Positions 45,683-58,680 of a stretch of 64,000 nucleotides of DNA are shown piece by piece. Position 1 is the first letter of the stretch. Every line of letters starts with the position of its first letter. A program made the translations under genes and the position numbers. The stretch is from the human T2T-CHM13v2.0 reference genome, Homo sapiens: the NCBI RefSeq assembly GCF_009914755.1, contig NC_060929.1; one strand, written 5' to 3'. The notes under the pieces were generated by a model, which made no database searches, was not told where the DNA came from, and saw nothing but the letters and a program-made list of their open reading frames with translations.

Positions 45683-46839
45683 ATTTAAACAACATCCTCC
45701 CAAATAATTTCCTATAAAGAGAAATAATTAAACTGGTATTAAGACTGTGGAAAAATAGCTAAAATTTGCTCCTGGAATGAATAAAGTTTTATTAAAAAGA
45801 TAAGATCAGAAATAGTTCAAGTATGGAAAACTGGCAGGCAAAGTCAGGATGGACTGGTTATGAGTCATGGAGGGTACATTTGGAGGTGCAAGTTAGAACC
45901 TAGTAGAGCCAATCAGGAGGATGGCGAATTCACAATTTAGTCATGTGAAGACTAGCTATTTCCCTTCTTTCCATAAGTGATTGCCTTGATATATGGTGAG
46001 ATAGCACTTCCTAGCAAACAGAACACATTCTATGTTTTGCCAAGCTTTTCTGCAAGGGCTGTGTGACTCCATAGTAAATATGATATTTAACTTAGTCGTA
46101 TGCTTCAAATCTGTGGGAAAGTACACATTCAGGGCCAATTCATCATGCACATCTGCAACAGTACTGCAATTTAATATAAGCAGCTTATATTATTGATGAA
46201 AAATTCTTGACTATTAAAAAACTCTGCTTTAAAAATACATTTTATCATGAAATTCAATCCAGATTGCATTTTACTGTTTTCTTTAATGGAGAATTTGTAT
46301 TTTATAGCAGAGTAAAATGGATAGAAAGAATATAATAACTAGGTTTTGGGTGAGAAAAAAATTGACAATAAGCAAAATCAATGAAAAGCAAGAAGCAAAA
46401 AATGTTTATTGTTGAATGCCTAACATGATCAGCTTTAAATCCAATTACATAGTAAGTAAAAAGGGTGACATTTAATATCATCCAGTGAAGATGAGTTTAT
46501 TAGTTCTGAGCCAAAATGAACAGGAAAATAAACAGCTCTAAAAAGATAAAAGCAAAACAGATACTGTTGCTGTCAAGATAGTATACTGTACTAGGTTAGG
46601 CTGCTGGCTGTTTGCCCTGTTCCAACCCTAGAGATGCCACAGAAGAAACACAGTTTTGGATGGATACAATGAATCAACATAAAGACCATGAGTACTCCCT
46701 GAAGAGGGAGAGGACAGCCTGAGATGTAGGAGGGTGAGAATCCACTGCCAAAGGCCTTGTCTCTTTGACACACTGCTGTTGATGCATAGCCCGTCCTCAT
46801 CAGTGTGATATAGCAGGCCAACTTCTCAATTAGCTGAAG

Positions 46840-47147
46840 CAGAACTACCATTTGATCCAGCAATACCACTACTGTGTATCTACCCAAAAGAAAATAAATC
46901 ATTTACCAAAAAGATACCTGAACTCATACATTAATCATAACACTATTTACAATAGCAAATATAGAACCAACCCAATTGTCTATCAACAGATGTTTGGATA
47001 ATAAAAATGTGGTGTGTGTGGGTGTATGGGTGTGTGTGTATATACATGCTTACAGTGGAATACTATTTGGCCATAAAAAATAATAAAATCATGTCTTTTG
47101 CAACAATATGGAAGGAACTAGAAGCCATTATCTTAAGTGTAATAACT
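46840..47147 (+). mobile_element. L1 fragment (ORF2 end/3'UTR)
   Basis: agaactaccatttgatccagcaat...gccattatcttaagtg. Confidence 0.85.
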
Positions 47148-50080
47148 AGACACATAGGCCCTACCAAGATTGAACCATGAAGAAACTTGAACAAACCAAT
47201 AACAAGTAATGAGATAGAAGCTGTAATAAAAAGTCTCCCAGTAAAGAAAATACCAGGACCTGATGGCTTCACTGATGAATTCTACCAAATATTTAAGGAA
47301 CTAATACCAATTCTACTCACACTGTTCAAAAAATATAGAAGATACTGTTTCTGAACTCATTCTATAAAGCCAGTATTACCCTGATAGCAAAACCAGAAAG
47401 ACACATTAAGAAAAAGAAAACTACAGGCCAATACCTCTGATGGATATTGAGTAAAAATCCTCAATAAAATACTTGCAAACCAAATTCAACAATAAATTTA
47501 AAAGATCATTCATCATGACCAAGTGGGATTTATCCCAGGGATGCAAGGATATTTTAACAACACAAATCAACCAACGTAATACATCATATCAACAGAATGA
47601 AGGACAAAAACCATATGACCATTTCAGTTGATGCTAAAAAAGCATTTGATAAAGTTCAACATTCCTTCATGATAAAAACCCTCAAAAAAAAAAAACTGGG
47701 GATAGAAGGAACATACCTCAACATAATAAAAGCCACATATGACAGACCAATAGCTAGTAACATACTGAACGGGGAAAAGCCAAAAGCCTTTCCTCTTGGC
47801 TCTGGAATATGACAAGGCTGCCCATGTTCATCACTGCTATTCAACATAGTACTGGAAGTCCTATCTACAGCAACTAGATGAGAGAAGGATACAAAGACAT
47901 CAAAATTTTTAAGAAAAGTTAAATTATTCTTGTTTGTTGATGATATTATCTTCTATTTTGAAAAACCTAAAGACTCCACACAAAATATTAGATCCGAGAA
48001 ATTCAGAAAAATTGAAGGATGCAAAAACAGCATACAAAAAACAATAGCATTTCTATATGCCAACAGTAAACAACTTGAAAAAGAAGTCAAACAGTAATCC
48101 CATTTACAATAGTGACAAATAAAATTACCCAAGAGTTAACTTAACCAAATAAGTGAAAGATCTCTGCAATGAAAACTATAAAACTGATGAAAGAAATTGA
48201 AGGACACCAAAAAAAATGGAAAGATATTCCTTGTTCATGGATTAGAAGAATCAATATTGTTAAAATGTCCAGAGTACCCAAAGCCATCTACAGATTCATT
48301 ACAATCTTGTCAAAATACCAATGACGATCTTCACAGAAATAGAAAAAGCAATTCTAAAATGTATGTGGAACCACAAAGGACCTAGAATAGCCAAAACTAT
48401 CCTGAGCAAAAGGAACAAAACTGGATGAATCACATCACCTGATTTCAAATTATACTACAGAGCTATAGTAACCAAAACAGCATGGTACTGTGGCATCAAA
48501 ACAGACACATATACCAATCGAACAGAAGACAGAACCCAGAAACAAATTCATACACAAACAGTCAACTAATTTTAAATAAAGATGCCAAGAATATACGCTG
48601 GGCAAAAGACAGTCTCTTCAATAAATGATGCTTGTAAAACTGGATATCCATATGCAAAAAATGAAATGAGACCTCTATATCTCACCACATACAAAAATAA
48701 AGTAAAAGTGGATTAAAGACTTAAATGTAAGACTTCAAACTATGAAACCACTATAGGAAGATATTGGGGGAACTCTCCAGAACATTGGTCTGGGCAAAAA
48801 TTTCTTGAGTGACACCCCCAAGCACAGGCACACAAAATGAAAATGAACAAATGGGAGCATACCAAGTTAGAAAGCTTCTGCACAGTAAAGGAAACAATTA
48901 AGTGAAGGGACAACCCACAAGATGGGAGAAAATATTTGCAAACTACAATCTGAGAAGAGATTAATTACCATAACATATGAGGTGCTCAAACAAATCTTTA
49001 GGAAAAATAATTTGATTTTAAAAATGGGCAAAAGATTTGAACACACATTTCTCAAAAGAAGACATATAAATGGCAAGCAGGCATATTACAAGGTGCTCAA
49101 AATTATTGATCATCAGAGAATTGCAAATCAAAACTACAATGAGGTATCATTTCACCCCAGTTAAAATGACTTTTATCCAAAAGACAGGCAATAACAAATG
49201 CTGGCAAAGATATGAGGAAAAGACAATCCTCATTCATTGTTGTTCAGAATGTAAATTAGCACAACCACTATGGAGACCAGTTTGGAGGTTCCTCAAGAAG
49301 CTAAAAATAGATCTATCATATGATCCAGTAATCCCACTGCTGGATATATACCCAAAAGAAAGGAAATTAGTATATTAAAGAGATATATGCACTCCAATGT
49401 TTATTGCAGCACTGTTCACAATAGCCAAGATTTGGAAGCAACCTAAATGTCCATTGACAGATGAATAAATTTTCACGATGTGGTACTTACACACAATGGA
49501 GTACTATTCAGCCATAAAAAATGAATGAGATCCTGCCATTTGCAACAACATGAATAGAACTGGAGGTTATTATGCAAAGTGAAATAAGCCAGGCACAGAA
49601 GGACAAACATTGCATGTTCCCACTTATTTGTGGGATCTAAAAACCAAAATAATTGAACTCATAGAAATAGAGAGTAGAAAAATGGCCTGCAGAGACTGGG
49701 AAGTGTAGTGGGAGGTGAGGGTAGCAGAGAGGTGAGGATGGTTAATGGGCATATAAAAAAAATAGAAAGAATGAATAAGATCCAGTATTTGATAGCATAA
49801 CAGAATGACTATAGTCAAAATAATTTAACTGTACATTTTAAAATAAGTATTATTTTAATATGGAATACTAGGCACTATAAACACTCTGGTAGTGGGATCA
49901 ATCAACTAAATATAATTGCATTATACTCTTTTGTAACACAAAGGATAAATGCTTGAGGGAATGGATATCCCACTTCATGATGTGATTCTTACACACTGCA
50001 TACCTATATCAAAATAGATCATGGACCCCATAAATATATACACTAGTGTGTACACACAAAAATTAAACATTTAAAAACTT
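47148..50080 (+). mobile_element. L1MA-like, 5'-truncated, ~2.9 kb (ORF2 RT to 3' end)
   Basis: ORF remnants [19 protein letters not shown] and [14 protein letters not shown]; 3'UTR gtaacacaaaggataaatgcttgagg. Confidence 0.93.
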
Positions 50081-50289
50081 AACCAATATAAAGAATATGC
50101 ATATGGAAATTTAGTTTGTGATAGAGCTAATATTACATACATATGTGGAAAATAAAACTATAAATTGTAAAATAATAATACCAAAAAGTGAGCCAAAAGT
50201 GGTTTTAGGTTAGTCTGCCTCAAAATTTCACCTAATCTTCTACATAAAAAAATAAAAATGTAAAATAAGAAGTACACACATGTCATCAA

Positions 50290-51300
50290 ATTAAAAAAAA
50301 GTTGCATTTCTATATATCAGTAATAAACAACTTGAAAATGAAATTACAATAGCAATTACATTTACATTACCATTTAAAAGAATAAAATATTTAGAAATTA
50401 ACTAAAATGAAGTAAATCTTATACAACAAAAATGCAAAATGTTGCTGAAATAAGGAAGATAAAAATAAATGAGAACACCTCTCATGTTTATGGATTGGAG
50501 ATTTCACATTGTTAAGATGTCAATATTACACAAAGTTCTAGAGTCAATGCAATTTCTATCAAAATCTCAATTACATTTTTTGTAGAAATAGAAACACCCA
50601 CTCTAAAATTCATATGGAATTTCATGAGACCCTGAATAGACAATCTTGAAAAAAAAATCTGGATGACTCACACTTTCTGATTTTAAAACTTACTACAAAG
50701 CTACAGGAATCCAAAAAGCATGGTACTAGCCTAAAGACAGACACATAGACCAATATAATATAATACAGGGCCCAGTACTAAAGCCTCACATACATAATCA
50801 TATTATTTTTGACAAGTTGCCAAGATCATTCAGTGGCAAAAGGACACTCTTTTCAAGAAGTGGTGTTGGGAAAACTGGATATCCACATGCAAGAGAATGA
50901 AGTTGAACCATTCCCTAACAGAATATACAAACATTAATTCAAAATGGATCTGAGATCTAAATGTAAAATTTAGATCTATAAAATCCCCATGTAACAAAAT
51001 ATTCACAACATGAATAAAACTTGAGGACATTATGCTATGTGAAATGAACCAGTCACAAAAAGACAAATGCCGTAGGATTTCACTTACATGAGATATTTGG
51101 AGTAGTCAAAATTATAGAGACATATAATAGAAAGGCAGTAACAGGGACTAGGGAAAGGGGTAAGAATATATTGTTTAATGGGTATAGAGTTTCGCTTTTA
51201 CAAGATGAAAAGTTGTAAAGAGGTATGTTTATGATGTTTGCATGACATTATGAATGTATTTAATACCACTAAACCATACACAAAAAATGGTTAAGATTAA
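50290..51300 (+). mobile_element. L1MB-like ORF2 fragment plus 3'UTR, with internal deletion
   Basis: ttgcatttctatat...ggtgttgggaaaactggatatccacatgc; 3'UTR ttgtttaatgggtatagagttt. Confidence 0.82.
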
Positions 51301-52086
51301 AAGTATAGTTACTAATGGAAAAAACAGTCAATTGATGAGTTATAATTATGTAGAAAAACATATAATATTCAGCATTATATATACATAATAATGAGGCCTC
51401 AAAATGTTTAAAATAAGATGTGTAAAAATTACCGAGACAAATAGATAACAAAACATATATACGAGTGTTTAAGCATAAGTTTTATGGAAAATAATAAATC
51501 GAACTGAAAAAGAACAAAGATAAAATTGATTTTGATAATAGAATTAACACCTTGTATTGATAGAAATGTTTACAATATTTTATACAACATGCAGAGAATA
51601 TATTTTACTTCAAGAACACATGGAAAATTTAGAATATTGATAATACACTAGGACCAAAAGTAAATCGCAATAAATCCCAGAAACTCAACAGCATGCAGCC
51701 ATGCTAGAACGCTTTGTGACATATTGGACTAAATATGTCTATACCATATGATTTACTTATTCCACTTCTGAGTATTTTTGCAGAAGTCTGTAAAAAAAAA
51801 AAAAGCACAAGAAAACATTAATTGTGATGTTTTTGGAATAACAATTGTTGCAAGCAGCCTGGGGATTTTTTGTTTTATTTATTTATTTATTTTTTAATCA
51901 GAGAATAGAAGAGAAATATTCAGTTGCACAAGGAAGAATGTAAAGCACAAATAAGAAGTAACAACTGAAATACATAAGGAGCAATGTGAATAAAGGACAG
52001 GAAAAGTGCTAATTGAAAAAAATTAAAAGTAATAAACTTCCATTTATTTAAAATTTTAAAACATACAAACACTTTACACATAATAA

Positions 52087-52216
52087 CCCATTTATGCCTG
52101 AGGTTGCAGTTTTTTGAATTTTTGCAATCAGACATTGGTGATGGCCTTGAGCAGTAGGATATAAATAACTCCCATATGCTTAGTGTTCCAATAATGGAAC
52201 ACTAGGCATAAATGTG
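52087..52216 (-). mobile_element. MER85 (piggyBac/PGBD3-derived MITE)
   Basis: TIRs cccatttatgcct / aggcataaatgtg; internal palindrome gttccaataatggaac; degenerate TTAA flanks (ataa/ttat). Confidence 0.92.
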
Positions 52217-53035
52217 TTATTAAGGAAATACATCAACTACATTGGAGTAATTGACCAGTGTATCATGGAAATGGAAATAGTGAATTGACACAATAAAAGA
52301 AAATACAATAAACAAACAGGAATGTTAACACTGACTGATGGTAGCAATGTATTATGAATGGAATAATGGACCATTCAGCTCTCTCAACTTAAAGTCAATT
52401 CATTTCTTTCCATCCTCCATCTGCAGAGAGCGCTTCCATTTCAGCTCTGAAATACTGGGCTATATAAACAGTATGGTAGTGGGATCAACTAGTGTGACAT
52501 AGACTTGGTGCGATGAAGAAAAGTGTTATACATTTTGGAAGAGTCGTGACAAACAAAATATTTTTGTAATATTTTAATAGGTACAGTAAATCAAGTTGAA
52601 AGGGAGATTAGTAAGATGTAGGATAAATGTTTTTGCTGTAGCAATCTTCAAATTGGGTCATACTGCCTTTTTATGGTAGATTACTTCAATGTATCCAATA
52701 TGTTTCACATAGACATAATTATCTTCTTCCTTACTCTTGTCACTTATTGCTAATGTCTTATTTGCCAATGTTTTACTCGCATTCATTATTTAGCACTACA
52801 CTGGATGCTGCAGCAATGGACTTTCATTCCTTTTGTGCCACTCAACAGAAAGAAAATCACTTTTTTTTTAGAAAAAGGAAGCAAAAATAAAAGAAAATAT
52901 ATACTTGTATGTTTCTCCCAGAAAATGGGAATGAATTAGTTTATGTGAGATTTCATAAGGATCTATAGTAGGGGACACAACATTAATTGATGTAATTAAA
53001 GGTAAGTCATGTACATAAGTATCATAGGTGGTATA

Positions 53036-53204
53036 TAGCCTTGATAATCAATTTGTGGCCTGAGGACCAGGAGTATCAGAATAACCGGTAAATTGCTGGA
53101 AATGCTCAATGTCTGCCCCCATTCCAGTCCTACTAAATTGAAAATCTGCATTTTCATAAGACATTTGGGTTAATCATGTAAATGTTAATCTTTGAGAATC
53201 ACTG
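53036..53204. mobile_element. MER5-like hAT element
   Basis: ccagtcctactaaattgaaaatctgcatttt...tttgagaatcactg. Confidence 0.7.
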
Positions 53205-53629
53205 GCATATAAGACAATCTGTACACACAAAGGCTATGGTAAATAGGAGAAAGCACAACCCATTTATAGCTAAAAACTTCAATTGTTTAGGTCCAGGATT
53301 TTACATCGTTCTAGCTTTTAAAGAGAAACCTGTAATATAGGTTTAATACAAAATTTTAATTTTGTATTAAATTAAATACAAAATTTCCAGTATTTATGAT
53401 AATTACTGATGATAAAAATTTAAATATTCTCTGTTATTCAAAACACATCAATTCATTAAATTCTAAAGGCAAAAAGTTTTTACATTCTCCTCTAGGTATT
53501 TCATGTTTTGCCTAATTCTGAAGAGCTGGTGACACTCCCCCTGAGTCATGGCTTGTGGCTCTTTTAGGCCAGGATGGAGAGGAAGAAACAAGGATGGTTC
53601 TATTACTGCAACCAAGATGTGGAAATTAG

Positions 53630-53866
53630 GTAGCAAAGATGCTTAGGAGTTCAGGCTTTAAATTAACATAGCTTTAGTTTGAGTCCTTGCTTCAACAATT
53701 CTAAGGGGCATGGCTTTGGGCAAGTTACTTATTAATTTTTCTGCTTGTCCCATTAGCAAAATGAGGCAAGTAATTTCTGCAATATAGGGTTGCTGGGAGG
53801 ATTAAATGAGACAATGCAAATGAAGAGCTTACCACAATACCCAGCATGAAGTAAACTAATAGTATC
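53630..53866 (+). mobile_element. MIR
   Basis: ttgggcaagttactta...gggttgctgggaggattaaatgaga. Confidence 0.82.
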
Positions 53867-53886
53867 ACCATTCCCATGGTCTAATG

Positions 53887-54054
53887 CAGTGACTCCTAAC
53901 CCTTTCCACACATCAGAATCACCTGGGGTGCAATTTGAAACGTACCAATCTCTGAGCCCCAAACAATTATATCAGACTCCCCATGGGTGAGGCATGGCCT
54001 TGAGGATTTTAAAATGTAGGAGTTTCTAATGTGCATTAGATTTAAATACCACTT
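53887..54054. mobile_element. MER5A-like hAT element
   Basis: cacatcagaatcacctgggg...ttctaatgtgca. Confidence 0.7.
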
Positions 54055-55540
54055 ACGTTAATGGAATGGAGCATATAGGTATATAGCTGATTTATGGCTA
54101 GAAAGGAAGGGAATTCTCTGAGCCTTTAGCTGCTTTTGCAACCTCCACAACACCATTTTAAAATTCCATACGAGGAATGTTATCTTTTATTTTTATTCAT
54201 TTTTATTGAAGTTTCTTCAAATGAAAAGTGTTTTTATTTTCTCCTGTGGCTCAGATACTCTCCAAATTCATACATAGGACTTATTTATTGGTTCCTTAGA
54301 TTAGAAATCACAGGATTATGAAATTATGACGTTACTCCTTGTATTTCTTAGTCTTTATGGAAGGTAGTGTATAGGAGTAACTAATCTTCTCCTTCACACT
54401 CAGGTACTGTTCCAAGCATGAAAAAATTAGGTTTTCTTTTTTCATCTCAGTTGATTTGTTTGATCCTTTGTCATAAGTCAATTTTGTCACTGGATATTTG
54501 CATAGTTTCTTCAACCCTTCCACAGTTACTCTTTCAAACAATTCTCAGAGGTAACTTTAAAAAATTATAAATCCCCTTAATAATAATTTTTTTAAAATAT
54601 GAGGTCTTCTAAAAATGGAAAAGAATGCGTTGAATGTGTTTTTTGGAAAAGATCTGAAGCATAGCTCATAACAGCATTACTGTAATGATGCATTATAATT
54701 ATTTCATATACATAAGGGGTTCTATGGAATACTCAATGAGACATTCTATTTGGCTGTTTGAAAGAAGCTAAGACAGACTGAAAATGAAATTTTAGTAACT
54801 CTTAGAATGATGGGAGATAAATAAATATTCAAAGAATAACATGCCATGAGGAGCTACCTTTTCTAGATTACAATCAGTACCAGTTAGGTACAGACAACTA
54901 GAGCACACAGAAAAAGTCAGTGGTGCCATGATTGGAGTTAGATACTTTTTGTGCTCAAAACTTTCTTGCCATGTTGTTTTTTATGTGATCAAAATATATG
55001 ATTAAATAACGGCTTTTAAAAAAGAATTTTTCCTCTTCCTGGAGTTCAAAACCATTAAAATAGCTGACCATCATTACTCACATGATAATTAGAGGGAAAC
55101 TGAAAAAAATCTAAGCAACACATGGACAGAAGCAATGAATCATGTTAACCACAAACCCCAAAATGCCCAAGACTTTGATGAAATTGCCAGATAAAGATAA
55201 TTAGCAACATTTCCCTTCATTTGACTTTTCTTTCTCTTCACAAGAGAGCTTATGTTTATATCACTTATTTTCTTTGTTAAGAGCAATGTGTGATCTCTTA
55301 GCATATATGGTAGCATTTATTTTTTACTTGATCTATTTCATTCATACCAAACAACAGCATTTTATTTTTACCTGTGGGATTAGACAATATGAGAGCTCAA
55401 AGCACTAATTATTTTGTTCAGGTTACGTCAAAATACATTGGGTTTCATTGATATGGATGCTGGTACTGAAAAAATATTAGTTATTCTTTACTTGATTCTG
55501 GCTCCTTTCTTTCATTCTCTTTGTTTAAGCAGTTGACAAC

Positions 55541-55652
55541 TTTTTCTTTCCTTCTTCCTCCCTCCCTTCCTCCCTTCCTCCTTCCCTTTCTCACTCCCTT
55601 CCTTTCCTCCTTCCTTCCTTCCCTCCCTCCCTCCTTCCTCTCTCTTTCTTCT
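55541..55652. repeat. Polypyrimidine (CCTT/CCCT)n tract
   Basis: About 110 bp with a single purine on the + strand. Confidence 0.93.
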
Positions 55653-56189
55653 TGCATTCGATTTATTAAGCCTAACTCCAAAAACTTTTGACCCATTTTA
55701 GAACTTCGATGTGCCAACTCTGTTCTATCCTTTGGACTTTCTTTTTATACCTATACCCATAATTATTTAAGTTTGAGACACAGCAGTAAATACAGCACCT
55801 TACTCCAATTATTGATTCCAATATTCTAGCTTTGAATCAAATAACTGCTTCTATCTATCCAGCTCTTCTAACAGAGAGTAAGGTAAAAATTCATAGATGA
55901 GTAAGTTAAATTCTATTAAGTAAGTAGATCTTTATAGAGTCCCTTTTCCTTCAGCCTTCTTCATGTATATGTCTAAAAGGAAATTTGGGAACTCATGTTG
56001 TCAGAAAAGAGAATAATATTTGAGTTCACGAATTAAACATAATTTTCCAACTCATATCTGTGGGACTGTAGAGCAAATTTGAGTTTAATTGATTGGTATT
56101 TTTTCTTCCTGAGCACTGAGGCTGAACAATAACGATGTTGTCTCTTACCTCTAAGTTTCATTTAAACTTTTGTGTGTGTGAATGATGTA

Positions 56190-56600
56190 AATCATCCTGA
56201 ATCACAAGTATGATCAGACTATTCCCTGCTCAGTCATCTTCAGTGATTCTCATTGCCTCTCAGAGCATGTACTTTTTTAGTTAGCATTCAGAGATCTCTA
56301 ATATTACTTCCAAATATTTCTCTTTACATTCACCACATGTGCTTGATTCCATAAGTCTTCCATCTATACTATATTCTCTAGACTTGTCCTCATCTCCACA
56401 TACATCCTGTCTTTACCCAAGATATTCTTTCAGCCTGAGGTGTCAACTACTTAAGTTGCGGCTTTAGGCGATCCCCTTGCAGCTTAAATGCCTATATATC
56501 GATGAAACATTTCCTAATGCTGTCAAATGAAGGTAATTTTCCTTCCTCTGAACTCCCCCAGAAGTTTTTTGGAATCCGTTCTTTTAATTTACCATGTTCT
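56190..56600 (+). mobile_element. L2 remnant
   Basis: ttccctgctcagtcatcttcagtgattctcattgcc motif. Confidence 0.55.
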
Positions 56601-57032
56601 TAATAGTATTATCTTTCTAGCCATCTGATTAATTTTCTTCATCTAGCCTCTCTATATTTTTCATTTTTATGAAGATAATGCTTACTCAGAGCTTAAAAAA
56701 GTCAAATAAGATGAAAGAAAATCTTGTAATAAAACAGTTCTTAATATGGTTCTCATCTAACCACTAATTCTGTTGCCCAGATGAAGTAATGTTTAAGTCT
56801 TTTAGCTATTTGTATATTTAAATAATTTGATAACACCATATTTTCTTAAGTCATGCATTTTAGACATTATCATTTTTCTATGTTATGAATTTTGAAGGGT
56901 ATGTTTCCGGCACTACTATTATTGTTTTTATTATTTCAGCAGCTCTTAACAAAAATTTATTCTATTAATTAAATTAATGGTAGTCAGTGTAACTAATAAA
57001 CCCCCACATTATATTAAAGTCACATAATACAG

Positions 57033-57448
57033 GTATATAGTTCAGATAGTTGTCCCCTCCAAATCTCATATTGAAAAGTGATCTCCAATGTTGGACATGG
57101 AGTCTGGTGGGAGGTGTTTGGATCATGGGGGAGGATCCTCATGAATGGGTTGGCACCTTTGCCATGATAATGAGTGAGTTCTCTCTCTTGGTTCACCTGC
57201 GAGCTGATTGTTTAAAGGAGCCTGGCACCTCCTCCTTTTCCCTCTCTTGCTCCTTCTCTCACCATACGATGTGGTGGCTACTCTTCTTCCACCATGATTT
57301 TCAGCTTTCTGAGGCCTCACCAGAAGGTAAACAGATGTGGGTGTCAGACTTGTACACCTTGCAAAATCATGAGCCAAATAAACCTCTTTTCTTTATAAAT
57401 TACCCAGCCTCAGCATTCTTTTATAGCAATGCAAAATGGATTAACACA
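57033..57448 (+). mobile_element. MaLR solo LTR (MSTB-like)
   Basis: tgtcccctccaaatctcat...ataaattacccagcctcag...atggattaacaca. Confidence 0.9.
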
Positions 57449-57631
57449 AAATCACATGGGCAATATTTCTGGTCAGGGTGTAGAACATGACAGTGACCCA
57501 CTGGTCTCACCATAACAATTAGAGGGGAGAAGGCATAAACTATCCAAATTTTATTTTGTAAAAGACAATGGAAAACTCTGTATGAATTGAAGAATGAATG
57601 ATAGGGGAAAGTCCTTCTTAAGTAAGAGGAG

Positions 57632-57950
57632 TTATTTTATTTTATTTATTTTATTTTATTTAACTTTTGGAGACAGAGTCTCGCTCTGTCACCTAGGCTA
57701 GAGTACAGTGGCATGATTTTGGCTCACTGCAACTTCTGCCTCCTGGGTTCAAGAGATTTTTGTGCCTCAGCCTCCCATGAAGCTGGGACTACAGGCATCC
57801 ACCACCAAGCCAAGTTAATTTTTGTATTTTAGTGGAGACGAAATTTCGCCATGTTGGCCAGGCTGGTCTTGGACTCTTGACCTCAAGGGATCTGCCCTCC
57901 TTGGCCTCCCAAAGTGTTGAGATTACAGGCGTGAGCCACCATGCCAGGCC
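57632..57950 (-). mobile_element. Alu (old S/Jb-like), full length
   Basis: TSD aagagga(g/a)ttat; (TTTTA)n tail. Confidence 0.95.
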
Positions 57951-58249
57951 AAGAGGAATTATGCAGTCACTTTTCTTCCTGAATAAAAGCCAAGTCTGAG
58001 CTTTAGTGAAGGATCAAGCTTGTAATAGGTAAAGAGACTCTGCTAGAGGGAAGAGACACAACTAAAGCATTTACTTCTCATATGGGCTAGTGTAAAAGAT
58101 TAAAATCTGGAGGAGCCTCATATATATAGTGAACACTTTTTGGATGACATTTCTCCTCTAAGGTAGTGTTTTTCAGTAATGGGTTGGTGCTTGAGGCCAG
58201 TGGCTGCACTAGAAGGCAGAGTGAGGTTTCCGTAATCTTGTGGTGCTTA

Positions 58250-58680
58250 AATTCCAAGGTCCTGCTGGATGTAGTAACCTGTGATCAGTCAATACATTTG
58301 AAACAAGAGAGGAATTGAAAATAACCAAATTTACAACCCAGTCCCAAACCAGTTTAATTCATGATTGAGTCAAAGCAATCAGACCTTCACTCTATCTGCT
58401 ACACAGAAAAAAGAAAAAAAAAAACAAAACTTCTCTTTCTGGAGAAAAAAAAAACCTGTCAACTTTATTATCCCGAGTTATTTTAAATATAATAAATTAT
58501 AAGATATGCAAAGAAGCAGGAAAAAAACCCACAATGAGTAAGAAGTGAATCTTCAATAGTCACACAATATTGAAACTGGCAGACACAGACTTTAAAATAA
58601 TTATTTATATATATTAAAGAAAATGACATGGAATATGAGCAAAATGAATAAAAAGACAAAGAATGTCAAGAGAGAATCTA
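58250..58680 (+). mobile_element. Old L1M 5' region / ORF1 start
   Basis: gaaactggcagacacagactttaaaataattat resembles the L1M ORF1 start. Confidence 0.5.

Noticed and set aside
47597-49378. L1 ORF2 peptides suggesting an active L1
   Set aside because: 5'-truncated old subfamily with many stops and frameshifts
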